Shown in pieces: positions 43,461-53,754 of a stretch of DNA of 64,000 bases. The notes beneath the pieces are model-generated. The model had not been told where the DNA came from. It worked only from the letters and a program-made list of their open reading frames with translations, and searched no databases. The position numbers and the translations under genes were made by a program. Source of the stretch: Planctomycetota bacterium (GTDB taxonomy: Bacteria > Planctomycetota > UBA8108 > SXIK01); contig CBDCXR010000004.1 of NCBI GenBank assembly GCA_965223845.1, positions 4,448,001-4,512,000 of the forward strand, in the 5' to 3' direction. The stretch's first letter is position 1. Every line of letters starts with the position of its first letter.

Positions 43461-43528
43461 CGATGGATTTCCTTCTCGAAGCGCGGTTGTCGTTCGGGCC
43501 TGAACGCGATTTTGGGCGAGTCGACGAT

Positions 43529-43762
43529 TCACCACGGAATGAGCTCTCCCGGATAGCCGCAGCTCCTCAGAAGCTGAGCCAGGAACAAGGAGGCGTCCCG
43601 CTCGACCCAATCGGAAATTGCCAGGTCGACGAAGCCGAACACGACAGAGAGGACGCACCCGAAGAAAAGAAAGACGACGAGCAGCGGAGCCCCTGCTTCC
43701 TCTCGTCCTTGATCGCCGAATTGATTCTGCCCCACCGAATCGACGCGCTCTTCGCTTAGCAT
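43529..43762 (-). CDS. Small hypothetical membrane protein
   Basis: ATG preceded by GGAGGGAG; single hydrophobic stretch LLVVFLFFGCVLSVVFGFV. Confidence 0.4.
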   Translation of the reverse strand: MLSEERVDSVGQNQFGDQGREEAGAPLLVVFLFFGCVLSVVFGFVDLAISDWVERDASLFLAQLLRSCGYPGELIPW

Positions 43763-43902
43763 GGGCGCTCCCTCCGTAACGGAAACTGTGTTCGAGGGGA
43801 CATCCGAATACGCGACGAGCACTCCGTCATTTTTTGGAGGAATCTCCCAACCACGCTTCTGGCAGCGAATTCTGATTGAGCCTCGCTAGCGAATTTCTTT
43901 TG

Positions 43903-44496
43903 ATGGCGTCCATGGAACCGGGCGACCGACAACACGATCCGGCGGATTCTTCGCGACTCTCCCAAACGATCGACGCCGCGACTCGCGGGGATCGTCGAGC
44001 GGCCGGCGAGCTCCTTCCGATCCTCTACGCGGAGCTGCGCGGTCTTGGCCGGGCGCTACTCAGCCGCAAACCGCCTGGTCAGACTTTGCAGGCGACGGCG
44101 CTCGTCCACGAGGCCTACGCGAGACTCGTTGGAACCGCCGACCCAGGCTGGAACGGCCGCGGTCATTTTTTCGGCGCCGCCGCCCGTGCGATGCGCGACA
44201 TCCTGGTGGAGGAGGCACGGCGAAAAGCGTCCCTCAAGAGAGGGGGCGGCCGCCGGAGAGTCGGTGCCGACCCGGACGAATTCGGCATCGAAGCGCCGTG
44301 CGAAGACGTACTCGCGCTCAATGACGCGATGGAGCGCCTCGAGAAAGATGACGCGCTCAAGGGGCGGATCGTCCTCCTCAAGTTCTTCACGGGCCTCTCG
44401 ATGCAGGAGATCGCCGACGATCTCGGTGTTTCGAAGGCGACGGTCGAGAGGGAATGGCGTTTCGCCCGCGCTTGGCTCCATCGAGAGCTCGAGTGA
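43903..44496 (+). CDS. ECF sigma factor, TIGR02999 family
   Basis: LLPILYAELR, TLQATALVHEAY, HFFGAAARAMRDILV, KRGG and TVEREWRFARAWL motifs. Confidence 0.95.
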   Translation: MASMEPGDRQHDPADSSRLSQTIDAATRGDRRAAGELLPILYAELRGLGRALLSRKPPGQTLQATALVHEAYARLVGTADPGWNGRGHFFGAAARAMRDILVEEARRKASLKRGGGRRRVGADPDEFGIEAPCEDVLALNDAMERLEKDDALKGRIVLLKFFTGLSMQEIADDLGVSKATVEREWRFARAWLHRELE

Positions 44497-44643
44497 ATCC
44501 CCTCGTTCGCCCGCTGTGTGGGCTCCGCCCCCGCGTCTTTTCGCTTTCTTGAGGGGCCCAGCGCCCGGAATTCGGATGGTCTCCGACGCTCTCAACCGTG
44601 GCGGGAATCGCCGCCGACGCAGGGTTCAGCTCGAGCCAAAGTC

Positions 44644-47271
44644 TTGAATCCCGAGATCAAACGAACCAGCCAAGACCTCTTCGACCGCGTTCTGAAGCAG
44701 CCTCCAAACGAACGCCGTTCGTACCTCGCCGCGAACTGCCCCGACGATGAGGTGCGAGCGGAGGTCGAGCGTCTACTCGCGATCGACGTCGAGCTAGGCG
44801 GCACAAAGTCGCTCGAAGCGAGTGACCCCGCTCCGAGCTCGACCGCCGCGACTCAGGAGTACGTGCGCGAGAAAGGCTCGATCATCGCTTCGCACTTCGA
44901 GATCGTCGAGCTCCTCGGTCGAGGAGCGATGGGTGAAGTGTATCTCGCGAGCGACCGTCGTTTGGAACGACGGATCGCCCTCAAGTTTCTAAGCGAGGCG
45001 CACGCTCGAGATCCTCGTCTGCGAGCTCGGTTTTTCGCCGAGGCACGAGCCGCATCGGCGCTCAATCATCCGAACGTTTGCATTCTCCACGAAGTCGGCG
45101 AGCTCGAAGACGGCAGTCCCTTTCTCGCTCTCGAATACCTCGAGGGAGGAGACCTCGAAGCAAGGCTCAGCGAGGGACGGGTGAGCCTTCGGGATGCGCT
45201 CGCCTGGTCGATGCAGCTCGCCGATGCGCTCGACGCCGCCCACTCCGTCGGACTCATTCACCGCGACATCAAGCCGTCGAACCTTCACATCACGCCGCGC
45301 GGACAGCTCAAGATTCTCGACTTCGGCTTGGCGAAACGATTCGAAGGGAAGGCGCTCGCGAGCGATGTTTCACTCCCCGGGTCGATCGTCGGCACACCAC
45401 TCTACATGAGTCCCGAGCAGGCGCTCGGCCATCCGCTCGACGCGCGGAGTGACCTCTTCAGCGCTGGCGTCGTCATGTACGAACTGCTCACGGGAGAGCG
45501 TCCGTTCTCGGGCGATACGTTCGCCGAAGTCGCCGTTCAGCTCGTCCACTTGGATCCAGAACCGGTTTCTCGGCGGAAACCCAAGGTCCCTCGCTCGGTC
45601 GAGCGCATCGTCGAAACCTGCATGGCGAAAAATCCCGAGGAGCGATACCCGTCCGCTCGAGATCTGCTCGTCGATTTGAAGCGCGTCTCGGACGGTGGCG
45701 ACCTGCGCGCTACGCCGTCTGAATTCGTCCCTTCGTTCGTCGACTCGAATGTCGAACAGACAACCGATCTCGGCGTCTCGGCGGATGCGTCGGGAACCGG
45801 CGAACCGCGCGGCGGCGATGTCTTCATCAGCTACGCCGCCGTCGACGATCACGCATTGCCGAACGACGCGCGCGGCTGGATTACCGGCTTTCATCGCAAC
45901 CTCGAAGTGCGCATCGAGCAACTCACCGGAGAACGAGTGCGCATTTGGCGGTCATCACTCGATTCGACCCGGGACGGAGAAGCGAGCGCGGAGGAGCTCG
46001 ATCGCGCGAGGACCGTGGTCTCGGTCGTGTCGCCCCCGTACATAAAGTCTCCGAGCTGCTGGGAGCCGGTCGTCCAGAGTCATGACGAGAGCGAGAACTC
46101 AGACGATTCGGCACGACTCTTCAAGGTCGTCAAGCGACCCGTGCCGGCGGCCGAAATTCCACCGCGCCTCCGTCGCATCTTTGAAGGCATCTCAGGTCAC
46201 GAATTCTTCGACATCGATCCTGCGACCGGCCGCGTACGCGAGTACACGGAGACCGGGGCGCAGACGGTCGCAGAGCGCTACCAGGAGCGCATCTACGATC
46301 TCGCCGAAGAGATTTCTTCGGCTCTCCGAGACGCGCGCGAGTCTCAGATCGCCAGCGCTTCCGAGTCGGGCAACCAGAAAACCGTCTATCTCGCAACGAC
46401 GACTTCGGATCTCCGCTCCGAGCGCGATCGCTTGCGGCGCGAGCTCGTCGCGCGCGGACATCTCGTCTTGCCGGATCGTCCGCTTCCTCTCATCGGCGCG
46501 GAGCTTCTCAGTGCGGTGCGGTTGTCCCTCGAACGGGCCGACTTTTCCGTGCACCCGGTTGGAAGTTATCTCGGAGTCGTTCCCGAAGGACTAGACGAAT
46601 CGGTCGCGGAGCTCGAAAACCGGCTCGCGGCCGAGCGTTCTCGACAAGCCGGGCTCGAGCGATTGATCTGGACTCCGGACGTACGAAAGATCGACGATTC
46701 GCGTCAGGCGAGCTGGGTGGAAAACTTGCGGGCTGATCCCCGGGAGCAGGAAGGTGCCGAGCTCGTCGAAGGAAGTTTCGAGGTTTTCCGCGGCGAGCTC
46801 GTCGATCTACTCACCGGCAAGCGACGTCAAACCGGCGCGGCCGGGAAGTCGACGGGCGCGCCGCCACAACTTTTTCTCCTCTGCGTTCCTGACGACGAGC
46901 GTGCCGTCGAGCCGATCGAGGACTTTTTCTTCGATCGAGGCGTCGAGGTCGTGCTCCCCGCGTTCGCTGACACTGAGCGCGATCAGGGTGAGCTTCACGT
47001 TCGTCGTCTCACCGAATGCGACGCGGTCCTCGTTTACTTCGGTGCCGCTGAGCGTCACTGGGTCGAGTTCATGCTGCGCGACGTCGCGAAGGCGGCCGGT
47101 TATCGAGACCGGGGCGCGATCGAGCATTGCGTCGTGTACGTCGCTCCGCCAATCGACCGTCGAAAAGAGCGGTTCCGGAGCCTCACGGCGGACGTCGTCC
47201 GTGCCGAAGGCGAATTTGATCCGAGCGCTTTGACCGAATTCGCCGAGCGACTCCGGGAGGGGAGGTCATGA
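44644..47271 (+). CDS. Hanks-type Ser/Thr kinase fused to TIR-like, DUF4062-like and second TIR-like domains (paralog 2)
   Basis: GRGAMG, HRDIKPSN, DFG and YMSPEQ motifs; DVFISYA; [10 protein letters not shown]; CDAVLVYFG; collinear with 35103-37910; TTG start inferred by alignment to paralog 1. Confidence 0.9.
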   Translation: MNPEIKRTSQDLFDRVLKQPPNERRSYLAANCPDDEVRAEVERLLAIDVELGGTKSLEASDPAPSSTAATQEYVREKGSIIASHFEIVELLGRGAMGEVYLASDRRLERRIALKFLSEAHARDPRLRARFFAEARAASALNHPNVCILHEVGELEDGSPFLALEYLEGGDLEARLSEGRVSLRDALAWSMQLADALDAAHSVGLIHRDIKPSNLHITPRGQLKILDFGLAKRFEGKALASDVSLPGSIVGTPLYMSPEQALGHPLDARSDLFSAGVVMYELLTGERPFSGDTFAEVAVQLVHLDPEPVSRRKPKVPRSVERIVETCMAKNPEERYPSARDLLVDLKRVSDGGDLRATPSEFVPSFVDSNVEQTTDLGVSADASGTGEPRGGDVFISYAAVDDHALPNDARGWITGFHRNLEVRIEQLTGERVRIWRSSLDSTRDGEASAEELDRARTVVSVVSPPYIKSPSCWEPVVQSHDESENSDDSARLFKVVKRPVPAAEIPPRLRRIFEGISGHEFFDIDPATGRVREYTETGAQTVAERYQERIYDLAEEISSALRDARESQIASASESGNQKTVYLATTTSDLRSERDRLRRELVARGHLVLPDRPLPLIGAELLSAVRLSLERADFSVHPVGSYLGVVPEGLDESVAELENRLAAERSRQAGLERLIWTPDVRKIDDSRQASWVENLRADPREQEGAELVEGSFEVFRGELVDLLTGKRRQTGAAGKSTGAPPQLFLLCVPDDERAVEPIEDFFFDRGVEVVLPAFADTERDQGELHVRRLTECDAVLVYFGAAERHWVEFMLRDVAKAAGYRDRGAIEHCVVYVAPPIDRRKERFRSLTADVVRAEGEFDPSALTEFAERLREGRS

Positions 47272-50200
47272 CGTCGCGCATGCCGAACCCCTACCCCGGT
47301 CTCCGTCCGTTCGATACGGAAGAAGACTATCTCTTCTTCGGCCGTGAAGAGCAGACGGCCGATCTGCTCGAGCTCCTCCGGTCGAATCGATTTCTCGCCG
47401 TCGTGGGTACGTCCGGGAGTGGCAAGTCTTCCTTGGTGCGCGCCGGCCTCATTCCCGGGCTCGTCAAGGGTTCGCTCGACGGGGCGAACACGCGCTGGGA
47501 GATCGCCGTCGCGCGTCCCGGTGGGAATCCCCTGCGGCGTCTCGCCGCGGGACTCTGCGAAGCCGGCCTCTTCGACTCGAGCGATGTCGAATCCGTTCCA
47601 CGCGTCGTCGCGACGCTCCGAAGGAGCACGCGGGGACTCATCGAAGCCGTTCGTCAATCCGGCCGCGCCGCCGATTCGAAGTTTCTCCTCGTCGTAGATC
47701 AATTCGAGGAGCTCTTTCGCTATGCGAGCGACGACGTAGAGGCTGGCGACGCCAGTCGAGCGTTCGTGAACTTGATTCTCGAAGGGGCGGCTCAAGCCGA
47801 GCTCCCGATCTACGTCGTCGTGACGATGAGATCGGATTACCTCGGCGACTGCGCTCGCATTCCCGGACTCGCCGAAGCGATCAACTCGGGAGAGTACCTC
47901 GTTCCACGCCTCGGGAGAGACCAGGTCCGCCGCGCGATCGAAGGACCGGCGCGAGTCGGAGGAGCCGGAGTTACGAAGCGCTTCGTTCAGCGCCTCCTCG
48001 GCGACCTCGGCGACGATTCGGATCAGCTTCCCGTTCTCCAGCACGCTCTCATGCGAGCGTGGGATGCACGAGGCGACGAAGAAGATCTCGATCTCGATCA
48101 CTACGGCGCGATCGGCGGATTGTCTCACGCGCTCTCTCAACACGCGGACGAAGTCTACGACGGGCTCGCGAGCGACGAACTTCGAAGTACGGCCGAGCGG
48201 ACCTTCAAGACTCTCACCGTGACCGAGAGCGGCGAGCGCGGTGTCCGGCGTCCGACTCGAGTGACTCGACTCGAAGCGGTCACTCGCGCGGAGCGCACAC
48301 AGGTTGAAGCGGTCGTCGAAGCGTTTCGCGCGCCCGGCGTCTCGTTCTTGATGCCCGGAGAAGCCACCCCGCTCGCCGACGACCCCGTGATCGACATCTC
48401 GCACGAGAGTCTGATGCGCGTTTGGACGCGGCTCCGGACGTGGGTCGGCGAGGAAGCGCAGTCCGCCGCGATCTACCGCCGCCTCTCGGAATCCGCTGCG
48501 CTTTGGCGAGAGGATCGTGCGGGGCTCTACCGTCACCCCGATCTCGAGGTCGCGCAGTCGTGGCGCCGGGAAGCGCGACCGAATCCGAGCTGGGCGAGTC
48601 TCTACGCACCCGGCTACGAAAATGCGATCGCGTTTCTGACGGAGAGCCAGGAGAACGCCGACGCGGAAGAGCTCGAGCGTGAACGAGCCCGAGAGCGCGA
48701 GCTCGCGCAGGCTCGTGAGCTCGCCGAAACGAAGTCGCGCGAAGCTGAAGCCGTCGCCCGGACCGCGCGCAACTTTCGGCGCTTCGCGATCGGACTTGCC
48801 GTGCTCGCCGTCGCCACGCTGGCGCTCGCGATCCAGGCACTACTCCTTTGGCGCGACGCCGAGGAGAGCCGGAAGCTCGTCTCCGAGAGCGAAGAGACGG
48901 CACGCCACGAACAGGGTGTCGCTTGGTTCGAGCAGGCGCAGCGACTTCGCGCGGAGGAGAGGCACTTCGCGGCCGAGCTCCTCGCGGCTCGGACCTTGGG
49001 CTTCGAAGGCGTCGACACGATCGAGGACGAACTGGGCGGAACCGGCGACCAGCGCATCGACCGATCGCTCCTCAGGCCCGACAGCGAGGAGGCGGATTCC
49101 GTCCGTGCGTTCTTGTCTGCGTCGATGCTCGACGAACCACTCTATCGCAGCCCACAAGTAGCGCCCCCGAATGCGCGATGCGTTTGCTGGACGCCCGATG
49201 GCAAGCTGGTTGTCGGAACCACGAGCGGCAGGGTCGCTCTCTACGATCCGGAAAGAGGAGAACGCGAAGGAGAGTTCGCCGCGCACGACACCGAGGTTTC
49301 GTTTGTCGGGCCGACGTCCGATGGGAGCGCGGTCGTCACGACAACGGTCCGAGCGGATACGATTCGCTGCCACGACCTCTCGACGGGGAACGAACGATGG
49401 AGTGTCGCCGGTCGCGGCCGGAGCTCCCACGCCGCGCTCTCGTCCGACCGATCCTTGCTCGTTGTCGCCGGATCGACCGGGGTAGTTCGAGTAGACACAA
49501 CGAATGGCGCCGTTTTGGGCGAGTCCGACGGTGGCGCCACAGGAGTCGCATTCTCTCCCGATGGTGAGCGTTACGCGGCACTCCACTCGGACGGCTGGCT
49601 CCGCGTCCGGACGCGCGAAGGGACCCTCGTCGCTTCGGCCATTCATGGCGCGGGAGTCACTCGTGGACTGGCGTTCTCTCCGGACGGCCGGCGGATCATC
49701 ACCGGAGCGCTCAATTCGTCTGCGACCATCGAGCCCGCCAAAGTTTGGGAGGTCTCGAACGACGGAGAGTTGCGGGTCGTCGACGAGTGGGACGTTCCGC
49801 ACAGCGAAGCTCGATCATCCAGTTGGTTCGGACTGAGCCGAATCGTTGCCGCGCGACCGTCGGGTGAAGACGTCGCCGTGTTCGGGGGGTCGGGCGGTCG
49901 ACTACAAATTCGTCGCATCGCCGATGGCACGCCCGTCGGCGTACTCGACGCTCACGGCCGGCTCATCGTCGACCTCGCCGTCGATCCGACCGGCCGGCGT
50001 CTCATTTCGGTAGCTCCCGGTGAGCCGATGCGACTCTGGGACTTGGTGGAGCTCCGCGAAATTTCGAAGCTCGGCGACGTCGAGATCGCTCGGTCGGTCG
50101 ATCACACGCGGGACGGTCGATTCGTCGCCTCGGCCCATGCGAACGGCGAGATCCGAGTGCTGCATTCGCGAACGGGTGCGGTCATCGCCAACCATCGCAC

Positions 50201-53200
50201 CGATGTCGCGCTCGATCTCATCCGTTTCTCCCCCGACGGCACTCGGCTCGCCGCGGGCGGTCGACGAGGGATTCGCGTTTTCGACGTGACGGACTCGATC
50301 CTGACTCAGCCCGATCCTCTGCCTGGTGAGACGGTCTCGCCCGCCGAGTTTAGCGAGCGCGCGCGGATCGAAGGGCTTCGGTTCGCCTGGAGTCCCGACG
50401 GAGATAAACTCGCCTACAACGGAACGTCGTTCGGCGTCTTTATCTGGGACGCGGAGAGTGGAGTGTCACGTCTCGTCGTCGACAGCAGTTCGGGGCGCTA
50501 CGTCGGCCTCGCGTTCACTCCGGATGGCAAGCAGCTCGTCGTCTCGTCGCTCGCGAAGACGGAGCTCTTCGAGATCGGGGGAACGAAGACGGCCGAGTGG
50601 GCCGAGATCGGCTCAAACGCGGGCCTCGTCTTCCAACCGGGTGGGGATCTCATCGCCAGCGTCGCTCGAGATCATCTGGCGATCTGGCGCCGTGCCGATC
50701 CACCCGTTGTCGTGGGGCGTCTCGACCATTCGGGAGCCGAGTATGACACGCGGCTAGAGTTCTCTCCGGACGGCCGATTCCTCGCGGTATCGGGTGGCGA
50801 CCGACTCGTGCGCGTCTACGATGTCCACCGTTTGACTCTGCTCGCGCTCCTCGAGGGTCACGCGGGAAACACACTCGACGCGAGCTTCGCGCCGGACGGA
50901 CGCACACTCGCTACGACGAGTCTCGACAATACGGTGCGCTACTGGAAACTCGGACACCACGTCGACCGAGACAGTCTCGTCGTCGGGGGAGTTCGCCATC
51001 GGAAGATCCAGTTCCTCGACGACAGCACGCTCGTCGCGTTCGGCGCGGAGAGCAAGGTCGCGATCGTCGATCGAAGGCTCGGGACGGTTCGCCGCGTCCT
51101 CGACGGCGCGCCCTATCAATCCGGAATTCGCTGCGCCGCTGGACCGGCAACCGAGTTCGGCGGACCGTTCATTTCGCTTAGTGCGCAAAGCCATACCGCT
51201 CTCTGGGATGTCGCGAGCGGTGAAATGATTCGGCGTTTCGCGAACGACTCGTCGTACAACACTCGCGCGACATTCGGACCGGAGAGCCGATGGCTTGCTG
51301 TGCTCCGCGGGCCGCGCCTCGATCACTTCGACATCTCGACTCGCCGGTTACGGAAGATCGGGAGCGGCGTCGATCTCGTCGACATCGCGGCGACCTCGGC
51401 GGGCGAGCTTCTCGCGCTCGGGATCGACGGAAGGGTTCGCGTCATCGATCCCACGACTGGAGAGGAGCGCGAGGTTTTCGGTTCTGTCTTAAGTGAGACG
51501 TCTCGAAACGTCGCCCATTCGCCTCGGGAATTCCATCTCTCGCGCGACGGCAGCACGCTCGCGATCCAGTTGCCGAGGTCCGTGTCGATTCTGAACATGA
51601 GGGAGAAGCGCGAAACGGCACGCTTCGACGTCGTCGGCCCCGGCGCGCAATTCTTCGATCTGGCGATCAACGAGGACGGCAGTCGATTGGCGGTGTGCGG
51701 TGGAGGGGTCGCGCGTCTCTGGTCTTCGTCGGGCGAGAAGATCCGTGAATACTCGCGGCCCGACTTCGACGACGATTTCGTACCGTACGGAGTGGATTTC
51801 AGCCCGGACGGGCGCTGGCTGGCCGGCGACAGCTTCGGCTCGACGATCGCACTTTGGTGGGTCGAGCCCGAGGAGCGGCGTCGTGACCGGCTCTCGCACC
51901 TACTCGAGAACTTTGCGCTCGACGGTCGGCGGATCGTGCCGCAGACGGTCTCGAAGGTGCTCTACGCCGATCCTCCTGTCAGGTCGCGCGCGCCCGAGCG
52001 CGATCCGGTCGCCGAAATGGAAAACCTCGTGCTCGCGGGTGGATTCGACGCCGCGGTGTCAGGAACGTCGCGCCTGTCGCCCGAGCTCCGCTCCCGGATC
52101 TCGCCGGCCATCGCTGACGCGATCTTTCATCGAGCGGGGGTTCTCAGTCGAAACGGGAGGACGGACGAAGTCGTCCGGATCGTGAGCGAGGCGCAGGAGC
52201 TCGTCGGGAACGAGAGCGAACAGTGGTATCTCCTCGAACAGCGCACGGCGGAAGCGATTTGCCGGGGCGGTCGGCTCGCGGAGGGGATCGATCGCTTCGA
52301 CGACGCCATCGGTCGAGCGATGGGAGCCGGGCTCGATTCGATCGCGCGACGTCTCGCGCGCGCGAGTGTTTCGGTACTCCTTGATCTGGAAGACGTCGAC
52401 GGCGCGAAAGATGCGTTCGAGAAGCTGCTCGCCCTGCCGAACTTCGTAGACGAAGGCCGGCGGGCAAACGAGATTCAAAGACACGCGCGCCTCGTCGTCC
52501 GCCAGGCGACGCGGGATTCAGAGACAGAGAGCACGAAGACCGATCGCGCGCTCGCGGCCGTCTTTGTCGACGTCGCGCTCGAAGCCGCGCGTCAGACGCC
52601 CCGGCTCGATACGTTGCCCGAGCTCTCAACGCTCGTCGAGCGAGCAAACGCCGGCCGAGAGCCCGTCGAGCTCGTATCCTCGAGCTCCTCGTGGAGAGTG
52701 TCGCCGGTAGATACGACGGTGGGCGCAGATTGGAACGCCTCCACCTTCGACGACAGTGCCTGGCCCAGCGTAAATCCGCCGATCTTGTTCTCGACTACGT
52801 CCGAACGCCCCGAGCTTCGCTCACCCGAAACGACACTCTTCGCCAGGGGCCGCTTTCAGGTTTCGCCCGGTGGATTGCCAGAGGGCTACGGACTCGCGAT
52901 CCAAAGCAAGTGTCTACCGGGCGCGAGAGTCTTCCTGAACGGCGTCGAGCTATTTCGGCACGGACTACCGGAGGGTGAGATCGATGCGACAACTCGCGCT
53001 CTCGACGGTGCGCACGGCCATGCGTGGCCACGGCGCGCGGACGCGCGACTCGCGGAGCCGCTACGTAAGGGGGAGAACGTCGTCGCGATCGAGTTGCATC
53101 GCAATGATGGCAGCGCATTGTTCTCGCTCGAGGTCGTCGCGCGCGTTACGCCGGCGTCGTATCTCGCGGCGGCGGACCGGAGTCGGGCTCTTGAGGTCGT

Positions 53201-53483
53201 CAGCGACGTTTTTCCGGCGAGCGTTCTCGAGCGGTTGGGGCCGCGGTTGCGTTTCGTTTTTGCTGACGACCCCGGCTCGCTAGGCGATGCGGGAGATGCG
53301 GGAGATGCGCAGGCGTGGCTCGAGCGGGCTCGGGTTCAGCGTGTGCTCGGGCGAAGTGAGCGGGCGCGGGGGGCGTATTCGCAGGCGGTGGAGGCGGCGG
53401 TTGTGGAGGGGGATGCGGATACGGAAGCGATCGCGCGAGGGGAGATGGAGGCGCTCGGGCTTCGGTTGCCGAAGAGTCCTTGA
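47268..53483 (+). CDS. nSTAND1-type NTPase + TM + WD40 propellers + helical region + galactose-binding-like beta-sandwich (paralog 2)
   Basis: NPYPGLRPF, GTSGSGKSS, VVDQFEE, LPVLQHAL and DISHESL motifs; TM ~48783-48851; WD40 repeats; FDDSAW..FLNGVE..GENVVAIELH; ATGA overlap with the kinase. Confidence 0.9.
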   Translation: MTSRMPNPYPGLRPFDTEEDYLFFGREEQTADLLELLRSNRFLAVVGTSGSGKSSLVRAGLIPGLVKGSLDGANTRWEIAVARPGGNPLRRLAAGLCEAGLFDSSDVESVPRVVATLRRSTRGLIEAVRQSGRAADSKFLLVVDQFEELFRYASDDVEAGDASRAFVNLILEGAAQAELPIYVVVTMRSDYLGDCARIPGLAEAINSGEYLVPRLGRDQVRRAIEGPARVGGAGVTKRFVQRLLGDLGDDSDQLPVLQHALMRAWDARGDEEDLDLDHYGAIGGLSHALSQHADEVYDGLASDELRSTAERTFKTLTVTESGERGVRRPTRVTRLEAVTRAERTQVEAVVEAFRAPGVSFLMPGEATPLADDPVIDISHESLMRVWTRLRTWVGEEAQSAAIYRRLSESAALWREDRAGLYRHPDLEVAQSWRREARPNPSWASLYAPGYENAIAFLTESQENADAEELERERARERELAQARELAETKSREAEAVARTARNFRRFAIGLAVLAVATLALAIQALLLWRDAEESRKLVSESEETARHEQGVAWFEQAQRLRAEERHFAAELLAARTLGFEGVDTIEDELGGTGDQRIDRSLLRPDSEEADSVRAFLSASMLDEPLYRSPQVAPPNARCVCWTPDGKLVVGTTSGRVALYDPERGEREGEFAAHDTEVSFVGPTSDGSAVVTTTVRADTIRCHDLSTGNERWSVAGRGRSSHAALSSDRSLLVVAGSTGVVRVDTTNGAVLGESDGGATGVAFSPDGERYAALHSDGWLRVRTREGTLVASAIHGAGVTRGLAFSPDGRRIITGALNSSATIEPAKVWEVSNDGELRVVDEWDVPHSEARSSSWFGLSRIVAARPSGEDVAVFGGSGGRLQIRRIADGTPVGVLDAHGRLIVDLAVDPTGRRLISVAPGEPMRLWDLVELREISKLGDVEIARSVDHTRDGRFVASAHANGEIRVLHSRTGAVIANHRTDVALDLIRFSPDGTRLAAGGRRGIRVFDVTDSILTQPDPLPGETVSPAEFSERARIEGLRFAWSPDGDKLAYNGTSFGVFIWDAESGVSRLVVDSSSGRYVGLAFTPDGKQLVVSSLAKTELFEIGGTKTAEWAEIGSNAGLVFQPGGDLIASVARDHLAIWRRADPPVVVGRLDHSGAEYDTRLEFSPDGRFLAVSGGDRLVRVYDVHRLTLLALLEGHAGNTLDASFAPDGRTLATTSLDNTVRYWKLGHHVDRDSLVVGGVRHRKIQFLDDSTLVAFGAESKVAIVDRRLGTVRRVLDGAPYQSGIRCAAGPATEFGGPFISLSAQSHTALWDVASGEMIRRFANDSSYNTRATFGPESRWLAVLRGPRLDHFDISTRRLRKIGSGVDLVDIAATSAGELLALGIDGRVRVIDPTTGEEREVFGSVLSETSRNVAHSPREFHLSRDGSTLAIQLPRSVSILNMREKRETARFDVVGPGAQFFDLAINEDGSRLAVCGGGVARLWSSSGEKIREYSRPDFDDDFVPYGVDFSPDGRWLAGDSFGSTIALWWVEPEERRRDRLSHLLENFALDGRRIVPQTVSKVLYADPPVRSRAPERDPVAEMENLVLAGGFDAAVSGTSRLSPELRSRISPAIADAIFHRAGVLSRNGRTDEVVRIVSEAQELVGNESEQWYLLEQRTAEAICRGGRLAEGIDRFDDAIGRAMGAGLDSIARRLARASVSVLLDLEDVDGAKDAFEKLLALPNFVDEGRRANEIQRHARLVVRQATRDSETESTKTDRALAAVFVDVALEAARQTPRLDTLPELSTLVERANAGREPVELVSSSSSWRVSPVDTTVGADWNASTFDDSAWPSVNPPILFSTTSERPELRSPETTLFARGRFQVSPGGLPEGYGLAIQSKCLPGARVFLNGVELFRHGLPEGEIDATTRALDGAHGHAWPRRADARLAEPLRKGENVVAIELHRNDGSALFSLEVVARVTPASYLAAADRSRALEVVSDVFPASVLERLGPRLRFVFADDPGSLGDAGDAGDAQAWLERARVQRVLGRSERARGAYSQAVEAAVVEGDADTEAIARGEMEALGLRLPKSP

Positions 53484-53754
53484 GACATCTCGACTGCAAA
53501 CGGGTCGGACGAGGTCAGGGCGATCTAGGTTGGCCACGGCCGATGCTCGACTCGATTGGCCGGCCCACTCCTCGGCTTCGGCGAGCTCGCAAATCGCACG
53601 ATTTCTCCCACGCGTGAGCCCAAGGATCGACTTAAACTATTTTGCAATCAACATTTACGAATACCCCACTTCATCCCGACGGTCGGGCGCAACGCCGCCG
53701 ATGATCACGACCGGAGTTGCGCCAAGTACGTGAATCCCGTAGTATAGAGAGGTC

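Noticed and set aside
53283-53310. 9-bp tandem repeat encoding GDAGDAGDA
   Set aside because: A short in-frame linker expansion with no sign of phase variation
28351-53483. Diversity-generating retroelement or retron driving receptor variation
   Set aside because: No reverse transcriptase and no near-identical TR/VR pair seen in the window
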